DNA of 64,000 bases from Candidatus Doudnabacteria bacterium (GTDB lineage Bacteria; Patescibacteriota; Doudnabacteria; UBA920), in the NCBI GenBank assembly GCA_031291995.1, contig JARLHZ010000025.1, positions 91,965-155,964 of the forward strand. The letters run 5' to 3'. A model generated the notes under the pieces. That model saw nothing but the letters and a program-made list of their open reading frames with translations. It did no database searches and was not told the DNA's origin. Shown in pieces: positions 1 through 9,910 of the stretch. The position numbers and the translations under genes are program-made. Positions within the stretch are counted from its first letter, which is position 1. Each line of letters begins with the position of its first letter.

Positions 1-402
1 CAAGACCGCGCAGCATCTTTCGAGTTTTGTACGACGTTGGTCGAACACGGTACTTCGTCCATATATTGCTAGGACAGTATTGCCTGGCAATAAAGGATGG
101 AAAACTCAAACTGCAGTTGTCGAAAAATTGGTTGGCAACCCTCAGCAGTTCTACAATCTCGACATCTGCGGACTCGCTAATTCCACGACCCACCCCAACC
201 GGTGGCAGCGCTGGCTGGTCAATGTGGCATACCTCTATATCATCTTGCGCTACGCCCCGTTCGCCCGCTGCGCCACTTCGCCGCTGTTGCCGCAGGGTGG
301 TACAGGGCGGTTTGCCAAATTTGCGAAGATCGTTAACCGGCGCATGCCTTTCGACCGCTAAGCCAAGCAGGCTGCGGGAGCCTCATCCTCGCGCACTTAA
401 AA

Positions 403-436
403 AGACAGGCGTCGCGCCCCTGTCTTTTCTTTTTGG
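403..436. terminator. Bidirectional intrinsic terminator between convergent frames
   Basis: GC-rich palindrome AGACAGG...CCTGTCT followed by TTTCTTTTT on plus and preceded by an A-run, directly after stop of 441..1244 (-). Confidence 0.5.
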
Positions 437-440
437 TCAT

Positions 441-1244
441 TTATTTTTCAGCTTTCTCCCACATGTACCAAAACCATTTGCGGTAGCTTTCGGCGAGATT
501 ATGACTGTGGAGGACGAAGACGACATCGCTGTCCTGAATTTTGCCGATTGAGATGCCGGTATAGGTTACCACGTAGTCGCCAAAAATATTTATAACAGAA
601 CCGGTGGAATAATCTTTGGGCAAAAAACGAAATTGCTTGGCAAAGTCGAGGCGTTTTTCAAAATCCGGTACCTGTTTCGGCACTTCGCTGTCGAACAACA
701 AATAATGTTTGATTTTTTCTTTTTTCATTCCGACAAAAAAAGCCTGACGCGCGGCTTCCAACCTCGGGTCTAGCCATTGGGCTTTGGCGCCGATGGTATA
801 AACAGGTTCTTTTACCCGGACAATATCACGCCAGACATTTTTTAGTCCTTCGTATCCGCGGTAGATATAGGCTTCCTCGGCCGCAAGCCGGTGGGCAAAT
901 TTATGTTTTAACTCGGGGAGGATTTTTTGCAGTTCGGTTTGCTTTTCCGACACCAACTCGGAAAGCTTGTCCGGGTCCACTGCGTTATAGAAATTTTGGG
1001 AGGACGAAAATATCTGGAAGACCAGTCCCTTGTCCTGCAGTCTTTGGATGGCGTCGTAGGCGTTACGCCGATAAATCTGCGCGCCAATGGCGATTGCTGA
1101 AATGCCGGATTCGCCTTTTTCTACCAGGAACTCGTAGATTTTAGCTTCATTTGGTGTTAGCCCTAAATTGTTTAGTATTTCTTGGTACATATTTAAATTT
1201 AATGTGGTAGTAATCGCTACCCTATGGTAGCCTTGGCCACTCAA
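441..1244 (-). CDS. TrmB-family (winged-helix) transcriptional regulator
   Basis: N-terminal wHTH segment LTPNEAKIYEFLVEKGESGISAIA typical of TrmB-like sugar-responsive regulators; 267 aa. Confidence 0.55.
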   Translation of the reverse strand: MSGQGYHRVAITTTLNLNMYQEILNNLGLTPNEAKIYEFLVEKGESGISAIAIGAQIYRRNAYDAIQRLQDKGLVFQIFSSSQNFYNAVDPDKLSELVSEKQTELQKILPELKHKFAHRLAAEEAYIYRGYEGLKNVWRDIVRVKEPVYTIGAKAQWLDPRLEAARQAFFVGMKKEKIKHYLLFDSEVPKQVPDFEKRLDFAKQFRFLPKDYSTGSVINIFGDYVVTYTGISIGKIQDSDVVFVLHSHNLAESYRKWFWYMWEKAEK

Positions 1245-1304
1245 TAGAGATATTATATGCTTTTGGGTCAGCCGTCAACAGGCGGTTATGACTGAAGGAG
1301 GACT

Positions 1305-1784
1305 GTGAAAAAACTGGCAGTTTTTGCTTTCCTGTTCATTCTGGTTGCCGACGCGCAGGTAAAAAAACAGGTCTTAGTCGGCGCTGGCGGTTCATTCCCG
1401 GATGTTGGCGAAGTTTCCCCGACAGTAGCGGCGGGAGGAGCGCTGATTTTTCCGCTCGGATCGAAATTATTTTTTCGTCCCGCGGCGGCATTCAGCCGGA
1501 ATTTTCCGCAGACCGGAAAGGCCGCGCGCCAAATTCAGGCGTTGCTGTTTGTTGGCGTAAAGGTGCGCCCCTTTTTGGCGATACTGGGAGGACGCGGCGA
1601 GACTTGGGTGTTTGTCGCGGGCAAGCCTGATGCCGTTCTGCCCATAACAACGATCTTGTCAGCGTGGTTTCCGTGGCCTCATGCCGATAATTGGAAAAAA
1701 CGTATCGGATTTTTTACGCCGGTGAGTCACACTTCAACAAAAAAGGGATGGGGGGCGGGTCTACAGGTCGGGTATACCTGGTAG
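1305..1784 (+). CDS. Exported hypothetical protein (signal peptide; C-terminal ...GYTW)
   Basis: N-terminal MKKLAVFAFLFILVADA signal-like segment; alternating hydrophobic pattern; terminal aromatic residue. Confidence 0.4.
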   Translation: MKKLAVFAFLFILVADAQVKKQVLVGAGGSFPDVGEVSPTVAAGGALIFPLGSKLFFRPAAAFSRNFPQTGKAARQIQALLFVGVKVRPFLAILGGRGETWVFVAGKPDAVLPITTILSAWFPWPHADNWKKRIGFFTPVSHTSTKKGWGAGLQVGYTW

Positions 1785-1814
1785 CAAAGAGGCGGACGCA
1801 ACAGCGCGGCCGCC

Positions 1815-2333
1815 TCAGATTTTTATATAATGTAACAGCAAGCTTCCACGCTTGTTTAGTTTTTTTTCAGAGATTAGTTTGAATTTTTTATTCAGATGAT
1901 TATCGTCGGCAAACAAACTAATACCCTGACCAAAGACTACCGGCTCGACGGTTAAATAAAGTTCATCCAGCAGATTATTTTTTAAACAAAAACTGTAAGT
2001 TTGTGCGCCGCCTAAGATAGCTATTAGCTTATAGCTTTTAGGTTTTAGGAGTTTTGACAGTTCTGTTTTATTTGGTTTGCAATACACCAGGTTTACTGTC
2101 CGCTGTCCGCTGTCTGCTGACCTGCTAATGACAATGCAATTGCGTTTGGATAAAGGTCCAATGGCGGTTTTGTATGTATTGTTGCCAACGATTATTGCGT
2201 CACATTTATCCAAAAGCGCGCGCATAAAGATTTTGTCCTCCTTACTGGTCCAGTCACTCATGTGGCTTTTATTGCGGGCAATTTTGCCGTCTAAAGTTAT
2301 GGCGGCGATGGCAATGTAACGGGGCTTAATCAT
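1815..2333 (-). CDS. RibD C-terminal / dihydrofolate-reductase-like reductase family protein
   Basis: ITLDGKIA...IVGNNTY motif pattern of RibD_C/DHFR-like fold; 172 aa. Confidence 0.6.
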   Translation of the reverse strand: MIKPRYIAIAAITLDGKIARNKSHMSDWTSKEDKIFMRALLDKCDAIIVGNNTYKTAIGPLSKRNCIVISRSADSGQRTVNLVYCKPNKTELSKLLKPKSYKLIAILGGAQTYSFCLKNNLLDELYLTVEPVVFGQGISLFADDNHLNKKFKLISEKKLNKRGSLLLHYIKI

Positions 2334-2372
2334 ATGTTATAATAAGCTTTCTATTATTAGTAAGATTATCAA

Positions 2373-3125
2373 ATGAATAACGATATGTCCCGCGGAGCGG
2401 GATCCGGCTCTGCCGGAAATGACAAGTTTGAAGGCCGGGAGCCTAAGTATTACGATATTTTTACGGGTTTGTTTGTGGCGATTCTGCTGGTTTCGGAAAT
2501 AACGTCTACTAAGCTAATTCAGGTCGGTTTTGTCCAAACCGCCGGTGCCATTATCTTGTTTCCAATATCGTATATTATGAGCGATATTTTAACCGAAGTC
2601 TATGGTTATGCCCGGGCCCGGCGCGTTATGTGGATCGGTTTTACCAGTTTGGTGCTAATGTCTTTGGTGCTAATCGCCGTGGAATATATGCCCTCTGCCC
2701 CGACTTGGCACAACCAGCAGGCTTATAATGTGATTTTGGGATTTGTCCCCCGGCTGTCGTTTGCCAGCATAGTAGCCTATTGGCTTGGTGGGTTTGCCAA
2801 CGATTTTACTTTGGCTAAAATGAAAATTTTAACCAAAGGCAAAATGTTGTGGAGCCGCACAATTGGTTCCACCGTAGTCGGCCAAGCGGTGGACTCGTTC
2901 TTGTTTATCGGCATCGCCTTTTACGGCCTTATTCCGACTCCGGTGGTTCTGCAAATTGCCTTCACACAGTATTTGTTAAAAGTCGCTTACGAAACAATAG
3001 CCACGCCAATTACTTATTACGTGGTTAACAAGCTTAAAAAAGGCGAAGGGTTGGATGTATTCGATTATAAGACCAACTTTAATCCGTTCCAATTTGGTGT
3101 GGGTGAGCAGGCAGATGCAAAATAA
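2373..3125 (+). CDS. Queuosine-precursor transporter, YhhQ/DUF165 (VUT) family membrane protein
   Basis: Polytopic membrane protein with LFPISYIMSDILTEVYGYARARRV block characteristic of YhhQ family. Confidence 0.65.
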   Translation: MNNDMSRGAGSGSAGNDKFEGREPKYYDIFTGLFVAILLVSEITSTKLIQVGFVQTAGAIILFPISYIMSDILTEVYGYARARRVMWIGFTSLVLMSLVLIAVEYMPSAPTWHNQQAYNVILGFVPRLSFASIVAYWLGGFANDFTLAKMKILTKGKMLWSRTIGSTVVGQAVDSFLFIGIAFYGLIPTPVVLQIAFTQYLLKVAYETIATPITYYVVNKLKKGEGLDVFDYKTNFNPFQFGVGEQADAK

Positions 3126-3287
3126 CCATCCGTGTCATTGCGGGCCTGCCTGCCGGTAGGCAGGGAGTGTCCACCGGAGGAGGATCTGCCTCAGGCACGA
3201 CATCCGACGAAGCAATCTTGTCAGGTAATAAAAAGATTGCTTCGTCAGCCAGATAAAGCCCTGGCCTACTCGCAATGACACATGGTG

Positions 3288-4025
3288 TTATTTTTTCTTC
3301 CGCTTAAACGCTTTAAAAAGCGGAGCGTATAAATCGGTTTTAGGGTGCATAACCAAATCGCGATAAGTATTCCGCGAAGTAAATTTAACAAAGGTAGCGC
3401 CGCGGATAATCAACAACGGGGTCTGTTCGTTACTCTCCCCCATCAGCATAACTCCGGCGGCGGTTAGCGCGTCCACGGTGTCGGTTTGGGTAATCTTGAG
3501 CTTCTGCCCAAAGACGTCGGGTTTGCCCCGCAAATCGTTCACCGGCTTTAGCCCATAAAAGCCAATACTCACCCCCATGGTTCCCCTCCTGAGCGGGATA
3601 GTATGGCTGTCGGTAATAATTACCGCCAGTTTTTTTATTTTATGTTTCTTTTGCAAATATTTGCAGAAAGTTTTGGCCGCCTGGTTAATATTTTTTGGCC
3701 ATAAAATGTAATAGTCCAGCGCGTTGCTGCGGTCTATGCCGGCGCTCGGAATTAAAGTGTGGTACTTGATGGTTAAAATAGCATACTGTCCCGGCACCTG
3801 GTTGCGTGGAATGTATTGCTCCGCCTCTTTCATTATGAGCTTATCTTTTTCCGGCAGGTCGCCAACTTTAACTTTTATGCACCGTCCCTGGTGGATAGCA
3901 AGAATTTTGGAAGTAATAAGCAAAACGTCCCCCTCTTTTAATTTGGGCAGGTGTTTGTCGAGCAGCTCAAACAAGTCGTCCTTGGGCGGAATAAACTTTC
4001 TAGTTTTTATGGGGAGGAAATGCAT
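3288..4025 (-). CDS. CofE-like gamma-glutamyl ligase family protein (F420-0:gamma-glutamyl ligase homologue)
   Basis: GDVLLITSKILAIHQGR ... ESNEQTPLLIIRG blocks matching the CofE fold family. Confidence 0.5.
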   Translation of the reverse strand: MHFLPIKTRKFIPPKDDLFELLDKHLPKLKEGDVLLITSKILAIHQGRCIKVKVGDLPEKDKLIMKEAEQYIPRNQVPGQYAILTIKYHTLIPSAGIDRSNALDYYILWPKNINQAAKTFCKYLQKKHKIKKLAVIITDSHTIPLRRGTMGVSIGFYGLKPVNDLRGKPDVFGQKLKITQTDTVDALTAAGVMLMGESNEQTPLLIIRGATFVKFTSRNTYRDLVMHPKTDLYAPLFKAFKRKKK

Positions 4026-4127
4026 AAAGTATAGTTTAGCAGATAAAGAGAATGAATATAAGATCCTTCTTGTAATAATCGTACCTTTGAATTATAATAA
4101 TGGTGGATATAATTCAAACAATTATAT

Positions 4128-4799
4128 TTGGCTAAATACAGATTAAGAAAAAAAGCAATAGAATTGCGGCTTAAGGGGATGAGCTACAATCAGATTAAAC
4201 CTCTGTTGGGAGTAAGTAAAAGCTCTCTTAGTTCATGGTTACAAGGCTACCCGCTTAGTGAAGAGCGGTTGAGGTCTCTACGGGATTTTAGCGAAATTCG
4301 GATAGAAAAATACCGAAATACAATGCAAGCTAAAAGGGAGAAACGTTTTGCCGAAACTTACAAGCAAGAGAAGATGAAGTATTTGCCTCTTTCTGAGAAG
4401 GAGCTGTTTGTGGCAGGACTGTTTCTTTATTGGGGCGAGGGGGTGAAAGGTTTAAAACGTTCTGTGGGGTTATACAATACAAATCCACAAATGATTAAAT
4501 TTGGTTTATTTTGGTATATTAAAATTTTAAAAATTCCGGCTGAAAAGATTAGGATAAAACTCCATCTTTATAGCGATATGAATATAAAAAAGGAGATGAA
4601 TTTTTGGAGCAAGGAATTAAAATTTCCTCTGTCTAGATTTTCCAACCCTTATATTAAAAATACAAAAAAAGCCGACATAAATAATAAAGGTGGATTTGGG
4701 CACGGAACTTGTGGCTTGTTGTTTAATGATGTTTTTTTAAAAGAAAGAATTTTGGCTGCAATCCAGGCTATTGCAGATTACTATGAAAATAGAATATAA
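4128..4799 (+). CDS. Hypothetical HTH-domain protein; weak LAGLIDADG-like motif (VAGLFLYWGEGVKG)
   Basis: N-terminal HTH-like segment (LRLKGMSYNQIKPLLGVSKSSLSSWL); internal G-rich motif loosely resembling LAGLIDADG; immediately upstream of a tRNA. Confidence 0.4.
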   Translation: MAKYRLRKKAIELRLKGMSYNQIKPLLGVSKSSLSSWLQGYPLSEERLRSLRDFSEIRIEKYRNTMQAKREKRFAETYKQEKMKYLPLSEKELFVAGLFLYWGEGVKGLKRSVGLYNTNPQMIKFGLFWYIKILKIPAEKIRIKLHLYSDMNIKKEMNFWSKELKFPLSRFSNPYIKNTKKADINNKGGFGHGTCGLLFNDVFLKERILAAIQAIADYYENRI

Positions 4800-4814
4800 T
4801 ATACTAAGTTTTAA

Positions 4815-4891
4815 GGGCGTGTAGCTCAGCTGGTTAGAGCATCTTGCTTATACCAAGAGGGTCCTAGGTCCGAATCCTAGCACGCCCACCA
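4815..4891 (+). tRNA. tRNA with anticodon UAU (Ile, decodes AUA), CCA encoded
   Basis: Cloverleaf read by hand: acceptor GGGCGTG/CACGCCC, D-arm GCTC-AGCTGGTTA-GAGC, anticodon stem TCTTG/CAAGA with loop CTTATAC, T-arm CTAGG-TCCGAAT-CCTAG, discriminator A, CCA. Confidence 0.7.
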
Positions 4892-4900
4892 TTAAATTTT

Positions 4901-5125
4901 ATGAATTGGTGTTTCGCAATAGTTAATGGAAAGTTATCGGAAATACATTTTGAAAAGGGCAAGCAGCCCAAGGTTTTTGGTCATTGTTATGTTCAGCCAA
5001 GCGAGTATAAAACCAAAAAGGAAAAGAATTGGATTAAAGAAGACATAAAACGTTTTCGATTTACATATAAAAAAGGGAAATATAAAGAAGTTGCTATTTC
5101 TAAAACAAAAACCCCGACTTCTTGA
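4901..5125 (+). CDS. Hypothetical small basic protein (74 aa)
   Basis: ORF ending 10 nt before a strong intrinsic terminator; no clear SD. Confidence 0.25.
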   Translation: MNWCFAIVNGKLSEIHFEKGKQPKVFGHCYVQPSEYKTKKEKNWIKEDIKRFRFTYKKGKYKEVAISKTKTPTS

Positions 5126-5140
5126 GTCGGGGTTTTTTGT
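5110..5140 (+). terminator. Rho-independent terminator
   Basis: CCCCGACT-TCTTG-AGTCGGGG hairpin followed by TTTTTTGTTT. Confidence 0.7.
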
Positions 5141-5246
5141 TTGGCTAAAAGCTAACCGCTATAAGCTAAATGTCGAAACGAATCCGTGGGATTTTTAAAA
5201 CAGCATAATTATGCTATAATCGGGCTAGATTCTTAACCCTTTATTT

Positions 5247-6986
5247 GTGACCAAATTAAAATTTTCCACGGCAGCATTTTTTTTGGCGGCGGCGTTTTTT
5301 ATTCTGCCAAAAATTGGGCTGGCGGAGACAATTAATAAGTTTAACAGCGCCATAACTATCAATCGTGATTCCAGCATTAGCGTGACCGAAACTATTGCTT
5401 ATGATTTTGCCGACGTGCCTCACCACGGCATTTACCGGGATATCCCCTACCGCTACCAGGCGCGCGGCGGGAATTACAATGTGAGGATTACCATTAAGGG
5501 TGTAACAGACGAGAATGGGCAACCATACCCCTACTCTACTTCCAAGTCAGGGGGCAATTTGGAAATAAAAATCGGCGACGCGAATACTTCTTTAACCGGC
5601 CCACATACTTATATAATTTATTACGATGTTGAGGGAGCCATTAATTATTTTAGCGATCACGACGAACTGTATTGGAACGCGACCGGTAATGGTTGGGCGG
5701 TTCCTATTGCCCAGTCGAATGCGGAAGTAAAATTGCCGGAAGTTGTTGATGCTAAATCGCCCGTTTTACAAAAAACTTGTTTTGCCGGTGAAGCTGGCTC
5801 AACCCGGGCTTGTCAGCAGGCTTTTTCTGATTCCGCCACCGGCGTTAGTACTATCGGTTTTGTCCAAAACGATCTTGGGCCAAATCAGGGTCTGACCGTG
5901 GTGGTCGGTTTTCCCAAAGGGTTGGTGACCCAGCCGACCTGGTGGCAGAAGCTTTTATGGATTTTGTCCGACAACTGGGGGCTGGGCTTGCCCGTGCTGG
6001 TATTTTTGTTAATGCTGTGGTTATGGCTCGGTAAAGGCCGAGACCCGGGCGGGTTTAGAACGATTATTGCGCAATACGACGCTCCGGCCGGGCTAACCCC
6101 GACCGAGGCGGGTACAGTGGTGGATGAGACCGCTGACAATAAAGATATTTCCGCGGAGATTATTAATTTGGCCGTACAGGGTTACATTAAAATCACCCGC
6201 CTGCAGACAAAAATCCTTGGCTTGTTTAACAGTGCCGACTATCAGCTGGATTTATTAAAGTCCGGTGATGATTTGCCGAATGATTTTGAGCGCCGCATGG
6301 TCAACGGGCTGTTTGGCGCCGAATCGACGGTGAAACTTTCCGAACTAAAAAATAAATTTTATGTGCATTTGGCGGGAATCCGCAAAGCCGTCTACCAAAG
6401 CGTGGTCGATAAGGGGTATTTTCCAAACAATCCGAACAATGTACGGGCCGCGTATATGGCCGGCGGATTTGCCGTGGGTTTTTTGGGATTTTGGGTCGGC
6501 ATGGCCACCCAGAATTTCTTTACCATCGGGGGCGCAATAGTCTCCGGAATAATTGTCATAATTTTTGGCTATTTTATGCCCAAACACACGGTCAAAGGCG
6601 CGGAGGCTAAACAGTATATTTTGGGTCTAAAATTATATCTGTCTGTGGCGGAGAAAGATCGCCTAAAGTTTTTTAACGCCCCGGCAGCCACTCCCGAACG
6701 ATTTGAAAAACTTTTACCTTATGCCATAGTCCTCGGGGTGGAAAATGAATGGGCCAAACAATTTGAAGGCGTCTACAATCAGCCGCCGCGTTGGTATTCA
6801 GATCCGTACGGAGGCACCTTTAATAGTGTGTTGTTTGTGGGAGCCATGCACGGGTTTTCCCAAAGCGCGGGTACGACCTTCTCTTCCCGTCCGAGCGGCG
6901 GGGGCGCAGGTGGCGGAGCGAGTGGCTTTGGCGGCGGGGGTTTCTCCGGCGGTGGCTTTGGCGGCGGCGGAGGCGGCGGGTGGTAA
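5247..6986 (+). CDS. DUF2207-like membrane protein with C-terminal glycine-rich tail
   Basis: GTG start; signal/TM, large extracytoplasmic domain, TM helices, C-terminal GGGAGGGASGFGGGGFSGGGFGGGGGGGW tail typical of DUF2207 architecture. Confidence 0.6.
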   Translation: MTKLKFSTAAFFLAAAFFILPKIGLAETINKFNSAITINRDSSISVTETIAYDFADVPHHGIYRDIPYRYQARGGNYNVRITIKGVTDENGQPYPYSTSKSGGNLEIKIGDANTSLTGPHTYIIYYDVEGAINYFSDHDELYWNATGNGWAVPIAQSNAEVKLPEVVDAKSPVLQKTCFAGEAGSTRACQQAFSDSATGVSTIGFVQNDLGPNQGLTVVVGFPKGLVTQPTWWQKLLWILSDNWGLGLPVLVFLLMLWLWLGKGRDPGGFRTIIAQYDAPAGLTPTEAGTVVDETADNKDISAEIINLAVQGYIKITRLQTKILGLFNSADYQLDLLKSGDDLPNDFERRMVNGLFGAESTVKLSELKNKFYVHLAGIRKAVYQSVVDKGYFPNNPNNVRAAYMAGGFAVGFLGFWVGMATQNFFTIGGAIVSGIIVIIFGYFMPKHTVKGAEAKQYILGLKLYLSVAEKDRLKFFNAPAATPERFEKLLPYAIVLGVENEWAKQFEGVYNQPPRWYSDPYGGTFNSVLFVGAMHGFSQSAGTTFSSRPSGGGAGGGASGFGGGGFSGGGFGGGGGGGW

Positions 6987-7075
6987 AAATTGATAAATCA
7001 AACAATAACTCCGACCCAATAGGACCGGAGTTAATGCAAATGTAGGGAACGGTCTAGACCGCTCCCTACCAAGGT

Positions 7076-9541
7076 TTAAATGATTGTCGCGCTTGCTACT
7101 TTGTCGTCTTCGTCCAGCCTCATGACTCTTACGCCTTGCGTAGCGCGGCCTAAGGTGGAAACGTTATTGAGCGGGGTGCGGATGGTTTGGCCGGACTTGG
7201 AAATAATTACCAAGTCGTGCTCCTCGGAATTATTAAGAATATACATGGAAACTATTTTTCCGGTCTTGGGTGTGACTTTTAATGTTTTTATCCCCGAGCC
7301 CCCGCGGTTCTGTACTTTATAGTATGCGGCTTCGGTTTTTTTGCCCAGGCCGTTTTCCGTGACAATCAGTACTTCCAAAGTCTTTACGTCAATACTCTTG
7401 CGGATTATGTCCATACTGATTATTTTGTCGTCCTTTTTCAGGCGCATCCCCGTAACGCCGCTGGCGTTGCGGCCCATGGGGCGCACGTCTTTTTCGCTAA
7501 AGCGGATGGCCTGGCCGTTTTCCGTGGACAGCATAACTTGGTCATCGCCGCCGGATGTTTCCACCCATTTGAGCTCATCGTCGCCTTTTAAGGAAATAGC
7601 AATCATTCCCGAGCGGCGGACTTTGCTGAATTCGTCTCGGCTGGTCTTTTTTATCAATCCATTCTTGGTGGACATCACCAAGAATTTGGCATCTTCTTTT
7701 TTTGAAAAAGTTAACACTGCCTGCGAAGTTTCACCGTTTTGCAGCTGCAGGAAATTGACCAGCGCTTGCCCCTTGCTGACGCGCGAGCCTTCGGGCAGTT
7801 CGTAAACTTTGGTCTGGAAGACCCGGCCTTTATTGGTAAAGAATAGAATATCGTCGTGGGTATTGGAAGAAATAAGTTTTTCGACAACATCCTCATCCTT
7901 CAGGGTTTGGCCGATTACCCCTTTGCCGCCGCGGCTTTGGGTTTTGTAGGTATCCGGCGCCAGGCGTTTGACGTAGCCGGACTTGGTGATGGTAATAATA
8001 ACATTGCTTTCCGGTATAAGGTCTTCCGCGGAGAAGCTGCCGATGGCATTTTTAACCACCGCGGTGCGGCGTTCGTCGCCAAAGCGTTCCTTCATGTCTT
8101 CCACCTCTTTTTTGATAATGCCCAAAATTTTCTTTTTGGACTGCAAAATGCCTTCCAGCTCGGCAATCAAAAGTTTCTTCTCTTTTAATTCGTCGTCGAT
8201 TTTCTTTCGTTCCAGCCCGGCCAGAGTTTGCAATCGCATTTCTAAAATCGCGTCGGCCTGAATTTCGGTCAGCTTAAATTTTTTGATTAAATTAGCCTTG
8301 GCTTCTTCCTTGGTTGGTGACTTGCGGATGGTATTGATAACTTCATCAATATGATCCAGGGCTTTTTTTAAGCCTTCCAGAATGTGGGCGCGTTCCTTGG
8401 CTTTTTTGAGCTCATACTCCGTGCGTTTGCGGACCACAATTTCGCGGTGTTCCAGATATTTTTCCAAAACCGTTTTCAGGTTCAAAACATGCGGTTCAAT
8501 GCCGTCCACCAGGGCCAGCATGTTCATGTGAAAAGTTTCCTGCAGCTGGGTGAAGGAAAAAAGCTGGTTGAGAATTTTATTGGGCAGACCGTCTTTTTTA
8601 ATGTCCACGACTATGCGCACGCCGTCTTTGTCGCTCTCGTCGCGCACGTCGCGGATACCTTCAATTTTTTTGTCGCGGACCAGTTCGGCGATTTTTTCCA
8701 AAAGCGTGGCTTTGTTCACGCGGTAAGGGATTTCATGCACCAAAATCTGGAAAGCGCCGCTTTTGGTTTCGGTAATTTCGGTTTTGGCGCGCATGACAAT
8801 GCTGCCCTTGCCGGTGGCGTAGGCGTTTTTAATGGCGGCAATGTCGTAAATTATTCCGCCCGTCGGGAAATCCGGACCGTGGACAAATTCCATTAGATCT
8901 TCGGTGGTAGCGTCCGGCTCCTCTATTAACTTAACTATGGCGTCGCAAATTTCGCTGAGGTTGTGCGGCGGAATGTCCGTAGCCATACCTACGGCAATAC
9001 CCAAAGTGCCGTTTAAAAGCAGGTTGGGCAGCTTGCCCGGCAACACAGCCGGCTCTTTGCGGGTGGCGTCGTAGTTGTCGCGCCAATCGACTGTTTCTTT
9101 GTCCAAGTCCAGTAGTATTTCTTCGGCCACGGCTGACATCCGCGCCTCGGTGTAACGCATGGCCGCGGCGCCGTCGCCGTCCATACTGCCAAAGTTTCCC
9201 TGGCCGTCAATTAACGGATACCGCAAAGAAAAAGTCTGAGCCATGTGGACCATGCTGTCGTAAACGGCAATGTCACCATGCGGGTGGTATTTACCAAGAA
9301 CATCCCCTACTACGGCCGCTGATTTGCGGAATTTGACGTTGTGGCGCAGCCCCATTTCGTGCATGGCGTACAAAATTCGCCGGTGCACGGGCTTAAGTCC
9401 GTCGCGAACATCGGGCAGGGCGCGGCTTACAATTACGCTCATGGCGTAATCCAGGTAAGACTCCTGCATTTCGGTCTGGATATCCCGGGCCAGAATTTTA
9501 CCGATATCGTTGCTTACGGGTTGTGATGAATCTTTGGGCAT
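7076..9541 (-). CDS. gyrA: DNA gyrase subunit A
   Basis: 821 aa; N-terminal [29 protein letters not shown], catalytic Tyr region, C-terminal beta-pinwheel repeats. Confidence 0.95.
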   Translation of the reverse strand: MPKDSSQPVSNDIGKILARDIQTEMQESYLDYAMSVIVSRALPDVRDGLKPVHRRILYAMHEMGLRHNVKFRKSAAVVGDVLGKYHPHGDIAVYDSMVHMAQTFSLRYPLIDGQGNFGSMDGDGAAAMRYTEARMSAVAEEILLDLDKETVDWRDNYDATRKEPAVLPGKLPNLLLNGTLGIAVGMATDIPPHNLSEICDAIVKLIEEPDATTEDLMEFVHGPDFPTGGIIYDIAAIKNAYATGKGSIVMRAKTEITETKSGAFQILVHEIPYRVNKATLLEKIAELVRDKKIEGIRDVRDESDKDGVRIVVDIKKDGLPNKILNQLFSFTQLQETFHMNMLALVDGIEPHVLNLKTVLEKYLEHREIVVRKRTEYELKKAKERAHILEGLKKALDHIDEVINTIRKSPTKEEAKANLIKKFKLTEIQADAILEMRLQTLAGLERKKIDDELKEKKLLIAELEGILQSKKKILGIIKKEVEDMKERFGDERRTAVVKNAIGSFSAEDLIPESNVIITITKSGYVKRLAPDTYKTQSRGGKGVIGQTLKDEDVVEKLISSNTHDDILFFTNKGRVFQTKVYELPEGSRVSKGQALVNFLQLQNGETSQAVLTFSKKEDAKFLVMSTKNGLIKKTSRDEFSKVRRSGMIAISLKGDDELKWVETSGGDDQVMLSTENGQAIRFSEKDVRPMGRNASGVTGMRLKKDDKIISMDIIRKSIDVKTLEVLIVTENGLGKKTEAAYYKVQNRGGSGIKTLKVTPKTGKIVSMYILNNSEEHDLVIISKSGQTIRTPLNNVSTLGRATQGVRVMRLDEDDKVASATII

Positions 9542-9644
9542 AAATAGTATTGAACAAAATTGACCAAAATTAAGTAAAAATAAATAAAATTGAGTTTAAC
9601 CAAAATTTTAATTAATTTTTGAAATTTTATTTAATTTTGGGCAA

Positions 9645-9848
9645 TTATTTCTGATAGTTGTCTCTTACGTCCTTAAATCCTTTGCCCAAACTTTGAAATA
9701 ATGTGGTGTCTTTGGGGACGTTTTTATAATAATGGGCGCTGACCACCCAAACGGCAATCATTACTATGACAATAACAACAGCCACGGTCCACATTATTCG
9801 GAACTTTTGTTCGGGGGATTTGTTACGAATATTGTTTAGGATTGACAT
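9645..9848 (-). CDS. Small single-pass membrane protein
   Basis: 67 aa ORF with one TM helix; TTGACA-containing promoter-like sequence upstream (9868-9910). Confidence 0.4.
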   Translation of the reverse strand: MSILNNIRNKSPEQKFRIMWTVAVVIVIVMIAVWVVSAHYYKNVPKDTTLFQSLGKGFKDVRDNYQK

Positions 9849-9910
9849 GATTTAAAAAATTTAAATAATTGACATAATTTAGGACGCACTATTTTTGTCA
9901 ATTTTGTCAA

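Noticed and set aside
27-551. ORF-track frames 27..551 (+) and 80..361 (+)
   Set aside because: The translation is low-complexity Arg/Pro-rich and uses TTG starts. The frame reads straight through a strong terminator hairpin and antisense into the TrmB-like gene. It is more likely non-coding or a minus-strand fragment.
7080-9526. Multiple 60-170 aa ORFs antisense to gyrA (e.g. 7341..7805, 7856..8188, 8384..8896)
   Set aside because: They are entirely embedded opposite a highly conserved essential gene, with no independent signals. Typical shadow ORFs.
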